The notes under the pieces: generated by a model
The model's database searches: none
What the model was told of the DNA's origin: nothing
The model's input: only the letters and a program-made list of their open reading frames with translations
Origin: a virus
Virus record (IMG/VR): IMGVR_UViG_3300033148_001052
Coordinates: 1 to 56,684 of that record
Reading direction: 5' to 3' (one strand)
DNA length: 56,684 nt
In this document: positions 7,715-15,299 of the stretch, in pieces
Layout of the letters: each line of letters opens with the position of its first letter
Numbering within the stretch: position 1 is the first letter of the stretch
Translations under genes and position numbers: made by a program

Positions 7715-7978
7715 ATGAGTTATACAGTATCAAGGGATGCTGCTGATGTGTTGTTAGACATAGCTATCACACATAAAGTGAATGCTATTAAACAACTGAG
7801 GCGCATCACTGGCGCAGGATTAAAAGAGAGTAAGGACGCCATTGAAGATAAGTTTATTGGTGGAGGTGTAATTACTATTGCAGCAGGTGGGGGGAAGGAC
7901 AGTATTATTGAGGACTACATCAAGATGCAGATGTATCAGGCTCAGGTGTTTGAGAAACTAATGGAGCTGATGGAATGA
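7715..7978 (+). CDS. Protein resembling the ribosomal L7/L12 C-terminal domain (87 aa)
   Basis: KVNAIKQLRRITGAGLKESKDAIE aligns with E. coli L7/L12 [24 protein letters not shown] (about 14/24 identical). GAAGGAGA Shine-Dalgarno site before ATG 7715. Confidence 0.6.
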   Translation: MSYTVSRDAADVLLDIAITHKVNAIKQLRRITGAGLKESKDAIEDKFIGGGVITIAAGGGKDSIIEDYIKMQMYQAQVFEKLMELME

Positions 7979-8130
7979 AACCTAGAAAAGAATGGGCGAA
8001 AGAATGGATTGATGCTAATGTATGGGACGGTGAGGACAGGTCGGGAGCTAGTGGTGATTGGGTGAAGTTCTCTCCCGATGATTTGCAAGAGTTGATTGAT
8101 GATTTGCTAGATGCTATGGAGGAGGACTAA
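7975..8130 (+). CDS. Hypothetical acidic protein (51 aa; below the ORF-track cutoff)
   Basis: ATG 7975 overlaps the previous TGA (ATGA). 52 codons open to TAA 8128-8130. Confidence 0.5.
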   Translation: MKPRKEWAKEWIDANVWDGEDRSGASGDWVKFSPDDLQELIDDLLDAMEED

Positions 8131-8133
8131 GCT

Positions 8134-8148
8134 ATAACAATGTTACAA
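8134..8148 (+). promoter_or_regulatory. Recurrent near-palindrome ATAACAATGTTACAA (copy 6)
   Basis: 44 nt upstream of ATG 8193, followed by GTTCTTAGGAAC. Confidence 0.6.
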
Positions 8149-8192
8149 CAAGGGTTCTTAGGAACTATTATTAAACTAAAGAGGAAATTAAA

Positions 8193-8471
8193 ATGAACAA
8201 ACCAAATCAATTCCGTGTTGCCTATCGAATGAGTGGTCAAGCTCTAACCCGTACAGTGGAGAACATAGCTGACATCTATGGTATGCAACAAGTACAGTCT
8301 GTCACCCCCTTGTATGTAGAGGAATTCCCCGACCTGACAGAGAAGGAGATTAATGATGCCATCCAAGCTGAGTTTGCTAAGGAAGAACTCAAGAAGAAAC
8401 AAGAGGTGGTGAAGGAATGTGAAGATGCTCTGAATACTGCTAGGGCTGAACTGAATGAGATGGAACGATGA
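8193..8471 (+). CDS. Hypothetical protein (92 aa)
   Basis: ORF track. AGAGGA Shine-Dalgarno site. Confidence 0.65.
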   Translation: MNKPNQFRVAYRMSGQALTRTVENIADIYGMQQVQSVTPLYVEEFPDLTEKEINDAIQAEFAKEELKKKQEVVKECEDALNTARAELNEMER

Positions 8472-8578
8472 ATCTCTCTGACTTCATAGGAGGACTAATA
8501 CTAGCAACCTTTTTCTTAGTATTATTCTTGTGGGGTTGTGGGATTGTTGATGTTAATGAAATCTTACAAACTTTGTAA
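8468..8578 (+). CDS. Small membrane protein (36 aa, one hydrophobic helix)
   Basis: ATGA overlap with the previous stop. MNLSDFIGGLILATFFLVLFLWGCGIV... Confidence 0.45.
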   Translation: MNLSDFIGGLILATFFLVLFLWGCGIVDVNEILQTL

Positions 8579-8588
8579 CATGTTACAA
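8575..8588 (+). promoter_or_regulatory. Recurrent palindrome GTAACATGTTACAA (copy 7)
   Basis: 37 nt upstream of ATG 8626. Confidence 0.6.
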
Positions 8589-8625
8589 CGTGTTGCTAAA
8601 TGTATCTAACGTGGAGACAAATGTA

Positions 8626-8769
8626 ATGAACAATACTAATTGGGAAAAGGCGCTATTCAATATGCACCGAAGAAATCAACGGGTGATGATGGTGTTTGCT
8701 GCTGGTGGTGTGTTTGACAGTAGTTCTGTATGGACTCCAACTAAGGAGGACACAGGTCATGGCTGCTAA
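8626..8769 (+). CDS. Hypothetical small protein (47 aa)
   Basis: GGAGA 8 nt upstream of ATG 8626. Overlaps the next start by 11 nt. Confidence 0.4.
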   Translation: MNNTNWEKALFNMHRRNQRVMMVFAAGGVFDSSSVWTPTKEDTGHGC

Positions 8770-9169
8770 ATTTAAGGTGGGTGATAAGTTCAAACTAGAG
8801 GAATCCTATGCGTCTTTTGTAAAAGGCTCTACGATAACTTTAATTGTAGTGGAGGACGATGGAATCCACAGATATAGAGATGAAAAAGGAGATGAGCATT
8901 TCCTTAACGAGCGCAGATTAAAACCTATAGATTCCCCAAGGGTTGAATACACTCTACCGCAGCACAAGCGAACCGGGAAAATCACATTAGATAATGTACA
9001 CACAATAATCAAGGGTGCTATATGTAGTAATGATTTTATGGGTGGGTGTGTAGGTACAAGGAATGACGCAGGGTGTGAAGGTTGTGTCTTTGGTGGTATT
9101 ACTGGAACCAAGGACTCCTTCTATCAAATGATAATTGACATGGCTGAACAGGAGAATGACAATGGGTAA
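8759..9169 (+). CDS. Hypothetical protein (136 aa): KFKVGD beta-barrel-like N-terminus and a four-Cys C-terminal module
   Basis: AAGGAGGA Shine-Dalgarno site before ATG 8759 (the track ORF starts earlier). C-terminus AICSNDFMGGCVGTRNDAGCEGCVF...FYQMIIDM resembles the small Cys-protein family. Confidence 0.65.
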   Translation: MAAKFKVGDKFKLEESYASFVKGSTITLIVVEDDGIHRYRDEKGDEHFLNERRLKPIDSPRVEYTLPQHKRTGKITLDNVHTIIKGAICSNDFMGGCVGTRNDAGCEGCVFGGITGTKDSFYQMIIDMAEQENDNG

Positions 9170-9344
9170 GCCTATATACATTGTACTTGAGGAACACATA
9201 GCAGCACACCGCTTCCCTGTGCCTAGCCTAAGGGACTATCTATTCAGCGAGCTGTGTGTTAGACTTCCCTACCATGAATACAAAGAGAAGGTGAGTATTC
9301 TAGTGGATACACAAAGGAGACATAGCTATGCTAATGTCAGCTAA
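9162..9344 (+). CDS. Hypothetical protein (60 aa)
   Basis: AGGAGA before ATG 9162. Confidence 0.55.
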   Translation: MGKPIYIVLEEHIAAHRFPVPSLRDYLFSELCVRLPYHEYKEKVSILVDTQRRHSYANVS

Positions 9345-9528
9345 GATGGAACGGATGATAGTGAAGGCCAAGTATTACCGGCGCTCTACCATCATAGAGT
9401 TCCTAAGAACAGAACTACATCAACTTCGTAGAGAGGAGAGGGTGACAGCTAGAATTCTTAGGGAATTGGAATGGGAAGAACAACTTGAGAAATTACAGAC
9501 TGAAGTAGATGAGGAGAATAGAACATGA
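9328..9528 (+). CDS. Hypothetical protein (66 aa, charged helical)
   Basis: ORF track. AAGGAGA Shine-Dalgarno site. Confidence 0.6.
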   Translation: MLMSAKMERMIVKAKYYRRSTIIEFLRTELHQLRREERVTARILRELEWEEQLEKLQTEVDEENRT

Positions 9529-9764
9529 ATACATCAATGCAAGGTAGTACAGTGTGGTATGGAGATATATTCCAATTACCTGAGGGAGTGGAGGACTTCA
9601 TGTTAGCTGATGAGGCTGACCCTATTCTTGATAGTGAAGATTTATTCTTCCCTACATGGGAAGGGAAGGAGGAGAACATTGTAAACTATGAGGAGCTTAT
9701 GAACATACAAGACTTCTATGTAGCCGAGGGATTGGATGTGAAGGAGGTGTGTGATGAAATTTAA
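9525..9764 (+). CDS. Hypothetical acidic protein (79 aa)
   Basis: ATGA overlap. GAGGAGA Shine-Dalgarno site. Confidence 0.6.
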   Translation: MNTSMQGSTVWYGDIFQLPEGVEDFMLADEADPILDSEDLFFPTWEGKEENIVNYEELMNIQDFYVAEGLDVKEVCDEI

Positions 9765-10467
9765 AGTCGGTGATAGGGTACAGATTGTAAAGGGCACTAG
9801 GCATTACGGGGCAGATGATGCTAATCCTGCTGACGTAGAGGGTGTTGTCACTAGTGATGATGAGAGTGATGAGCACAATCTATATGTAGATTGGGACAAT
9901 GGCACTAACAATTCTTATGAGGACAGTGACCTAGAGGCTGCTCCCCCTGTAAGCACAGGTATTGAATCTATCTTAGAACAATACGCTGCCATAAAATCCT
10001 CTGATGATATGATACAGGAGGCAAGAGGGAGTGCTTATGGTGAGATGGTGGCACATGTAAACATGTTGCTAGAGAAAACTCCCGGAGCTGGTCGTGAACA
10101 CATTGAAAACCTATTCTCCGAGCGTGAACAACAGTACATGGAGAAGCATCATGCTGGTGATGAGACATACCAGAAGGGTAATGGCACATGGAATATGAGT
10201 ATGGTGTTTGATGGTGCTTACAAGAGTGCTAAGAGTACAGTGTTGGGTGCTGTAGGTGCTGGTGTAACATTGTTACAAGAGGATGGTACAGCTAAAGGTA
10301 AGAGCAGGTTAGGTAAGGAGACTAAGGAGAGAATGATACAGCCTGTAGATACCTTAGTGAGTGTAGCTATGAGTAAAGCAGCAGAGCTTGTGGTAGCCTA
10401 CGCCCACCTATCTGACCCTGAAGAACGTGAAGTTGTTCGTGAATTTATACACAGCTCTATTATTTAG
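9754..10467 (+). CDS. Hypothetical protein (237 aa) with a KFKVGD beta-barrel-like N-terminus
   Basis: AAGGAGG 6 nt before ATG 9754. N-terminus is paralogous to 8759-9169. Confidence 0.7.
   Translation: MKFKVGDRVQIVKGTRHYGADDANPADVEGVVTSDDESDEHNLYVDWDNGTNNSYEDSDLEAAPPVSTGIESILEQYAAIKSSDDMIQEARGSAYGEMVAHVNMLLEKTPGAGREHIENLFSEREQQYMEKHHAGDETYQKGNGTWNMSMVFDGAYKSAKSTVLGAVGAGVTLLQEDGTAKGKSRLGKETKERMIQPVDTLVSVAMSKAAELVVAYAHLSDPEEREVVREFIHSSII
10264..10278 (+). promoter_or_regulatory. Recurrent near-palindrome GTAACATTGTTACAA (copy 8, intragenic)
   Basis: Full-length copy inside CDS 9754-10467. Confidence 0.5.
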
Positions 10468-10476
10468 GAGGGTGCT

Positions 10477-10725
10477 ATGAGAACAGGTGAGGTATATCAG
10501 ACACGGGATGGAGGGCTTGTCATTAGGGTTGATAAGAATGATTACCCTGTTGATGAGTCTATAAAAAACGACCACCATTTCTGGGTACAACATCCCAAGC
10601 TTGATGGTAGTGGTAGTATTGGTGATGTTATATTTCAGATAGAGTTAGATGGTAATCCTTATGTAACACCATTAAACATTAATATATTTGACATACTTAA
10701 CGAGGTAATTAAAAATGAATCTTGA
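10477..10725 (+). CDS. Hypothetical protein (82 aa)
   Basis: ORF track. AGGAGGG Shine-Dalgarno site. Confidence 0.6.
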   Translation: MRTGEVYQTRDGGLVIRVDKNDYPVDESIKNDHHFWVQHPKLDGSGSIGDVIFQIELDGNPYVTPLNINIFDILNEVIKNES

Positions 10726-12430
10726 TTTCTATACAATACAAGCAAGGGTGAGGGCATTGGCTAATAGCATGGGACTCACTGTGCGAATGGAGGATGAGCA
10801 TCGTCCTCGTACTGATGGACGTACCATTTGGATTGGTAAGCCCTCCCCTACATGGGACAATGACAGGATGATTGATTGGGAATCTACAATCTACCATGAG
10901 ATAGGTCATGTAGTAGAAGAGATGAGGGATTGCTTTGAGATGTCCAAAGACAAAGACCTTAACATGGAATCGTTCCTAGGAATGCTTTGTAATCTATTGG
11001 ACGACCAACGCCAAGAGTATTTCAATCATGGGATGTATGTTGGTAGAGATAATGTTATGTCAGAAGGTAAGTCTATTGGCATGAATAGAATTATTAAGAA
11101 GATGATAGGGAAGAGTGAAGATAAGCACATGAATGCTCTCGAAGCTATGATGTACCTCGATGCTCAATACAGCTCTGACTACTACCCTCACATGTCAGGG
11201 GTGGCAGAGAATCTCTATCGTAATCTAAACACCCAAGGTAGAGAGATGGCTGACATCCTTGAACCACACAAGGAGGAGCTAGACCCTCGTGATGGTACAG
11301 CATGGGATGAATATGAGATTGCTCTTAAAGTAATTCGCCTGTTAGACTTTGATGAAGAGAAGGAGAAGGAGGATAGTAAGAAGGGCGAAGGGGACGGTGA
11401 AGGAGAGGAAGGAGAAGGCAAGGGCAAAGAAGGAGAGGGTGAAGGCAAGGGCAAAGGGAAAGGCAAAGGAAAGAAGGGGGATGGAAAGGATGAGGGTGAC
11501 TACGGAAAGTATATGATTCATAATCATTCCAAGGCTGAGGACTTTACTCCCGGACGACAGCCTGATGGTAGCTCCTATGAATATGTAGAGGAGGACAGTA
11601 CAGGTAGCTACATCCCTAGACCTCCTGATGAAATAGATATTCCTGACCTAGACAGTATGCCTAGTGATAGCTATTTCGAGGAACAAATTAATGATATTAG
11701 TGCAGGGAAGGGCTTGGCTAACCAAGTGAGGAAGCTGTTGCAAGTGAGGAGCCAGAGTTTCTATCAGCATGGCAGGAAGAAGGGTAAGATTGGTAAGAAC
11801 CTGCATCGTGCTACACTACAGAACAGTGGAGGTTATCAACAGAAGATATTTAAGCAGCGCATTGAGAACAACATGACTGATACAGTGGTGCAGTTAGTGA
11901 TTGACTGTAGTGGTAGCATGGGACACACTAAGTTTGCTCATGCAGCTAAGGCAGCACAAGAACTGAGCAATGTATTGGATGCCATTCGTATACCAACTGA
12001 AATCATTGGGTTCACTGAGACAGCTAGACATCTAGTGCATCCAGTGTTCAAAGGGTTCAATGAAAAAGTTCCTGAGAACATTCTTGTTGAGAGGTTTGCT
12101 AAAGCTTCCAACCTACAGGCTAACAATGCTGATGGTGAGAGTATATTGTGGGCTTTCAATCGTATCATCAAGCAACCTAACAAGAGGAAGCTTATGATTG
12201 TATTGTCAGATGGTATGCCCGCATGTTACAATCGGTCAGGCTCTATCTCTGACTTCACTAAGGAGGTGGTGGGTGGTATTGAGAAGAGTCCTGTAGAAAT
12301 CTATGGCATTGGCATCATGGATGATAGTGTTAAGCGTTACTACAAACAGAACGCTGTGATACATGATGCAGGTGATGTTGAATCAACACTTATCAAGCTA
12401 CTTAAAGATAAGATAATTGGGAGAGGGTGA
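10715..12430 (+). CDS. VWA-domain protein, CobT-like, with an N-terminal HExxH motif and a central Gly/Glu/Lys low-complexity linker
   Basis: MIDAS motif DCSGSMG, YHEIGH near the N-terminus, linker GEGDGEGEEGEGKGKEGEGEGKGKGKGKGKK. Paired with an AAA+ ATPase downstream. Confidence 0.75.
   Translation: MNLDFYTIQARVRALANSMGLTVRMEDEHRPRTDGRTIWIGKPSPTWDNDRMIDWESTIYHEIGHVVEEMRDCFEMSKDKDLNMESFLGMLCNLLDDQRQEYFNHGMYVGRDNVMSEGKSIGMNRIIKKMIGKSEDKHMNALEAMMYLDAQYSSDYYPHMSGVAENLYRNLNTQGREMADILEPHKEELDPRDGTAWDEYEIALKVIRLLDFDEEKEKEDSKKGEGDGEGEEGEGKGKEGEGEGKGKGKGKGKKGDGKDEGDYGKYMIHNHSKAEDFTPGRQPDGSSYEYVEEDSTGSYIPRPPDEIDIPDLDSMPSDSYFEEQINDISAGKGLANQVRKLLQVRSQSFYQHGRKKGKIGKNLHRATLQNSGGYQQKIFKQRIENNMTDTVVQLVIDCSGSMGHTKFAHAAKAAQELSNVLDAIRIPTEIIGFTETARHLVHPVFKGFNEKVPENILVERFAKASNLQANNADGESILWAFNRIIKQPNKRKLMIVLSDGMPACYNRSGSISDFTKEVVGGIEKSPVEIYGIGIMDDSVKRYYKQNAVIHDAGDVESTLIKLLKDKIIGRG
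11351..11497 (+). repeat. About 147-nt almost pure polypurine tract with short GGCAAGGGCAAAG-type repeats (encodes the G/E/K linker)
   Basis: Read directly from the sequence; the coding strand is nearly all A/G. Confidence 0.8.
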
Positions 12431-12684
12431 TGGTTTATATACCCAAAGTAAAGCGAGAGGGTTTGGAGGCTAGTGTAAAGCAAACTGGCAGAGATTTATC
12501 TGCTGATGTGTTCCTAGATGCTTTAGTGGTAGCTGCTTGTCATGGTAGATTTGACATACCTCTAGCGACAGTTGATAGGAAATCTGTGTTTGATTGTGGT
12601 GGTATAAACTGTGGCTCTTGTATGTTTAAATCCAAAGAGGCTTTCTTAGAGGGGCTGTTACAACACATGGAGGAAGAGACATGA
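12430..12684 (+). CDS. Small four-Cys protein, family member 1 (84 aa)
   Basis: TGATG overlap with the VWA gene. VVAACHG...FDCGGINCGSCMF...FLEGLLQHMEEE. Confidence 0.65.
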   Translation: MVYIPKVKREGLEASVKQTGRDLSADVFLDALVVAACHGRFDIPLATVDRKSVFDCGGINCGSCMFKSKEAFLEGLLQHMEEET

Positions 12685-12905
12685 AGATTGTATTTCCTAG
12701 GCTAGATAGGGGTGCTGAGTATAAAGATTTCTTACGCTCTATGATGGAGGCTCTCTGTATAGAAGCTGCTGGAGGAGGAGACAAACTTGATTGTAGTGGA
12801 TTGAGTTGTTTTGAGTGTGGCTTATTCCATAACAACGGGGAGAGTGTACCTGAAGAGATGTTCTATGCTGCCTTATTAAACTATATAGAGGAGAAGAGGA
12901 CATAA
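12681..12905 (+). CDS. Small four-Cys protein, family member 2 (74 aa)
   Basis: ATGA overlap. MEALCIEAAGGG..LDCSGLSCFECGLF...FYAALLNYIEE. Confidence 0.65.
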   Translation: MKIVFPRLDRGAEYKDFLRSMMEALCIEAAGGGDKLDCSGLSCFECGLFHNNGESVPEEMFYAALLNYIEEKRT

Positions 12906-12955
12906 ACCCCCTTCAGAGGCTCTGTAAGCCTCACCACTGGACGAACGGAGGGATG

Positions 12956-12975
12956 CCTAGGCTACCCCCTTATAA
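12956..12975. repeat. 20-bp exact inverted-repeat partner of 5523-5542
   Basis: cctaggctacccccttataa is the reverse complement of ttataagggggtagcctagg. Confidence 0.85.
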
Positions 12976-12986
12976 CAATGTTACAA
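12972..12986 (+). promoter_or_regulatory. Recurrent near-palindrome ATAACAATGTTACAA (copy 9)
   Basis: 55 nt upstream of ATG 13042. Confidence 0.6.
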
Positions 12987-13041
12987 CGCTTTAGAACGGC
13001 TTATATTAAGCCAACATATTTAAACAAAGAGGAATAAAACA

Positions 13042-14142
13042 ATGACTACATCTACACTAGAAAGTAAAGTGAAGGAAGTGCTGGCTCGTAAGATGGGTGG
13101 AACTACTGCTCCACCTACACCTAAGACTCCTGCTAAGGAACCAGCAACATTCATCAAGTCTCGTATGGACAAGGTGGGGAAGAAGGCTGCATCGGGATAT
13201 GTTAAATACTCTGAGCTGTTTGGACAAACACCTCCCTCTGGTAATGATTGGGATGTGAAGGTGTTTGCTGACAGTGATTGGGATGAGGATGATAAGGTAT
13301 TTATTCCTAGCAAGGAGAAGTTCGAGGACTACGTTATCAACCATGCTGTCATGGAGCAACTGATTGTTGGATATAATTCTAACATGAAGATGCTTGTGGT
13401 TGGCCCAACAGGGAGTGGTAAGACTAGTTTGCAAGAACTACTGTGTGCCTACATCAACCAACCCTACTACCGTATCAATGGTCGTCAGGATATGGAGACT
13501 GACACCCTGCTCGGTAAGCCTTGGGTGAGTGAGGGGTCTATGCACTATGAGAAGGGTGAGCTGCCTAAGGCTCTTAAGAAGGGATGGTATGTAGCCTTTG
13601 ATGAGCCTTGGAAAACTCCTGCTGGAATTCAAATGGCTCTTCAACGCTTCTATGAGAAGGATGGTATTCTACAGCTTGATGATATGCCCGGAAGCTTGGC
13701 AGATAAGCAGGTGATTAGTGATCCTCGTACCCGTCTGGTGCTGAGTGATAATGTTGTAGGCACAGGGGATGGTGCTGACCAATACGGAGCCACCATGATT
13801 CAGGATGGGTCTACACTCAATCGTATGGACATGGTGATTAAGATGCCTTACATGAATCAAGCAGAGGAAGCCACGCTTATTCGTAAGAAGCACCCTGCCA
13901 TCTCTAAGGATGCAGCTACTAAGATGGTTAAGTTCTTTAACCTTGTACGTACAAGCTACACTCAGCGTATTGTATCTGCTGCTGTATCTCCTCGTAACTA
14001 TGATGCTTGGGCAAACCTAGCTACCAAGCTTAACAACCTTGAGATGGCCTGTAAATGGACTGTGCTTGAGCGTTACGCAGAGGATAGTGAGAAGGCTGTT
14101 GTTCGTGACCATTATAAAACTGTGTTCGGTAAGGTGCTGTAA
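13042..14142 (+). CDS. AAA+ ATPase, CobS/MoxR-like
   Basis: Walker A VVGPTGSGKTS, Walker B YVAFDEPW, 366 aa, next to the VWA protein. Confidence 0.8.
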   Translation: MTTSTLESKVKEVLARKMGGTTAPPTPKTPAKEPATFIKSRMDKVGKKAASGYVKYSELFGQTPPSGNDWDVKVFADSDWDEDDKVFIPSKEKFEDYVINHAVMEQLIVGYNSNMKMLVVGPTGSGKTSLQELLCAYINQPYYRINGRQDMETDTLLGKPWVSEGSMHYEKGELPKALKKGWYVAFDEPWKTPAGIQMALQRFYEKDGILQLDDMPGSLADKQVISDPRTRLVLSDNVVGTGDGADQYGATMIQDGSTLNRMDMVIKMPYMNQAEEATLIRKKHPAISKDAATKMVKFFNLVRTSYTQRIVSAAVSPRNYDAWANLATKLNNLEMACKWTVLERYAEDSEKAVVRDHYKTVFGKVL

Positions 14143-14153
14143 CACTGTTACAA
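14139..14153 (+). promoter_or_regulatory. Recurrent near-palindrome GTAACACTGTTACAA (copy 10)
   Basis: Overlaps the stop codon of the ATPase gene, 44 nt upstream of ATG 14198, followed by GTTCCTAGGAAC. Confidence 0.6.
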
Positions 14154-14162
14154 TAAGTTCCT

Positions 14163-14186
14163 AGGAACATGGACGTTCCTTTTATT
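14163..14186 (+). terminator. Possible intrinsic terminator
   Basis: AGGAAC-atggac-GTTCCT stem-loop followed by TTTATT. The stem is only 6 bp. Confidence 0.35.
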
Positions 14187-14197
14187 CAGGAGGGTTT

Positions 14198-14377
14198 ATG
14201 GACTACAGTAATGAAGTGGAAGTGGAGAGGGTTTGGCGTAAGGGATATGCCATGCGGTATCTAAAGAATCCTCATAGGAAAGAAGTCTCTGCATTATTAA
14301 CTGCTGCCAGATTGGCTGGTTATGATAGGATAGCTGTGATACTAGAAGCTATGAAAGAATTAGAGAAGGAGGAATAG
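14198..14377 (+). CDS. Hypothetical protein (59 aa; below the ORF-track cutoff)
   Basis: CAGGAGGG Shine-Dalgarno site before ATG 14198. 60 codons to TAG 14375-14377. Confidence 0.5.
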   Translation: MDYSNEVEVERVWRKGYAMRYLKNPHRKEVSALLTAARLAGYDRIAVILEAMKELEKEE

Positions 14378-14379
14378 AT

Positions 14380-14574
14380 ATGTATATACCTGAAGACTTA
14401 TCTGATTTAAATTTGAAGGGTGTAATGGACATGATGCATTATGTTGCATGTATTGAAGCCGAAGATAATGGGAATGTGATAAAGTGTGTTGAAGGTTGCA
14501 ATAAAGAATGTGTGTTCTTTAATAGAGAGAATCTATTGCAAGCTTTGTTAGATGAATTATCTGAGGAGAAATAG
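14380..14574 (+). CDS. Small four-Cys protein, family member 3 (64 aa)
   Basis: HYVACIEAEDNG..IKCVEGCNKECVFF..LLQALLDELSEE. Confidence 0.65.
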   Translation: MYIPEDLSDLNLKGVMDMMHYVACIEAEDNGNVIKCVEGCNKECVFFNRENLLQALLDELSEEK

Positions 14575-14576
14575 AT

Positions 14577-14834
14577 ATGCCTGAATATAATACAGAGGTA
14601 GACTTTGGTGCTGCTGGAACACATGATGTTGAAGTGGACGTTGATTATGATTGGATGTGGGAATACATTATAGATGATATTGATAGCAGCACAATGATAC
14701 AATGGATAGATGACCATAGCTTATTACCTGATGTGGTAAGGGACAGTGAGGCTGATGATGTCTTGGATGCCTTGAATAAAGATGACATCCTTAAGTATGT
14801 AGCTAAGATGCTTGACATTGAGGAGGCAACATGA
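14577..14834 (+). CDS. Hypothetical acidic protein (85 aa)
   Basis: ORF track. GAGGAGA Shine-Dalgarno site. Confidence 0.6.
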   Translation: MPEYNTEVDFGAAGTHDVEVDVDYDWMWEYIIDDIDSSTMIQWIDDHSLLPDVVRDSEADDVLDALNKDDILKYVAKMLDIEEAT

Positions 14835-15031
14835 GTGGTGTAAAGCAGGTTAATATAGATTATTGGGAACGACAGGTATCGAATGAGGAGCAGGTGAGGA
14901 TTAGAAGTTTGTTGACGATAACTGATCTAACTGAGGACGAGCGTGAAGATATTATAGAATCTTGTATAGAGGAGATGAGGCATGAAGAGGAGAGAGCGAA
15001 ACACACCAGCTATTATATGCCCCCATTCTAA
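14831..15031 (+). CDS. Hypothetical protein (66 aa)
   Basis: ATGA overlap. GAGGAGG Shine-Dalgarno site. Confidence 0.6.
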   Translation: MSGVKQVNIDYWERQVSNEEQVRIRSLLTITDLTEDEREDIIESCIEEMRHEEERAKHTSYYMPPF

Positions 15032-15299
15032 TCAAGAGGAACATAGACTTTATAAGTCTCTTATCTTAGAAGGGTGTAGTGATAGGGAAGCATGGGATGT
15101 TATTAGGGAAGCTAAGAGGGAGGTGGAGCATCCTTGGATTCCTGAGCCTCCTCGTCCTGATTTACAAGCCTTTATTGATATGGCTAAGGCTATGGATGCT
15201 GCTGATATTAGACGTAGTGCTGTTATACGAATGGATGCAAGGTCTACAGAGGAGTACACTAGAATGATTGGGGAGACTAGATATGGAATACCTACATAA
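14982..15299 (+). CDS. Hypothetical protein (105 aa); 50-nt overlap with the previous ORF, possibly one gene broken at a C5 run
   Basis: ORF track. Removing one C from C5 at 15020-15024 would fuse the two ORFs. Confidence 0.5.
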   Translation: MKRRERNTPAIICPHSNQEEHRLYKSLILEGCSDREAWDVIREAKREVEHPWIPEPPRPDLQAFIDMAKAMDAADIRRSAVIRMDARSTEEYTRMIGETRYGIPT

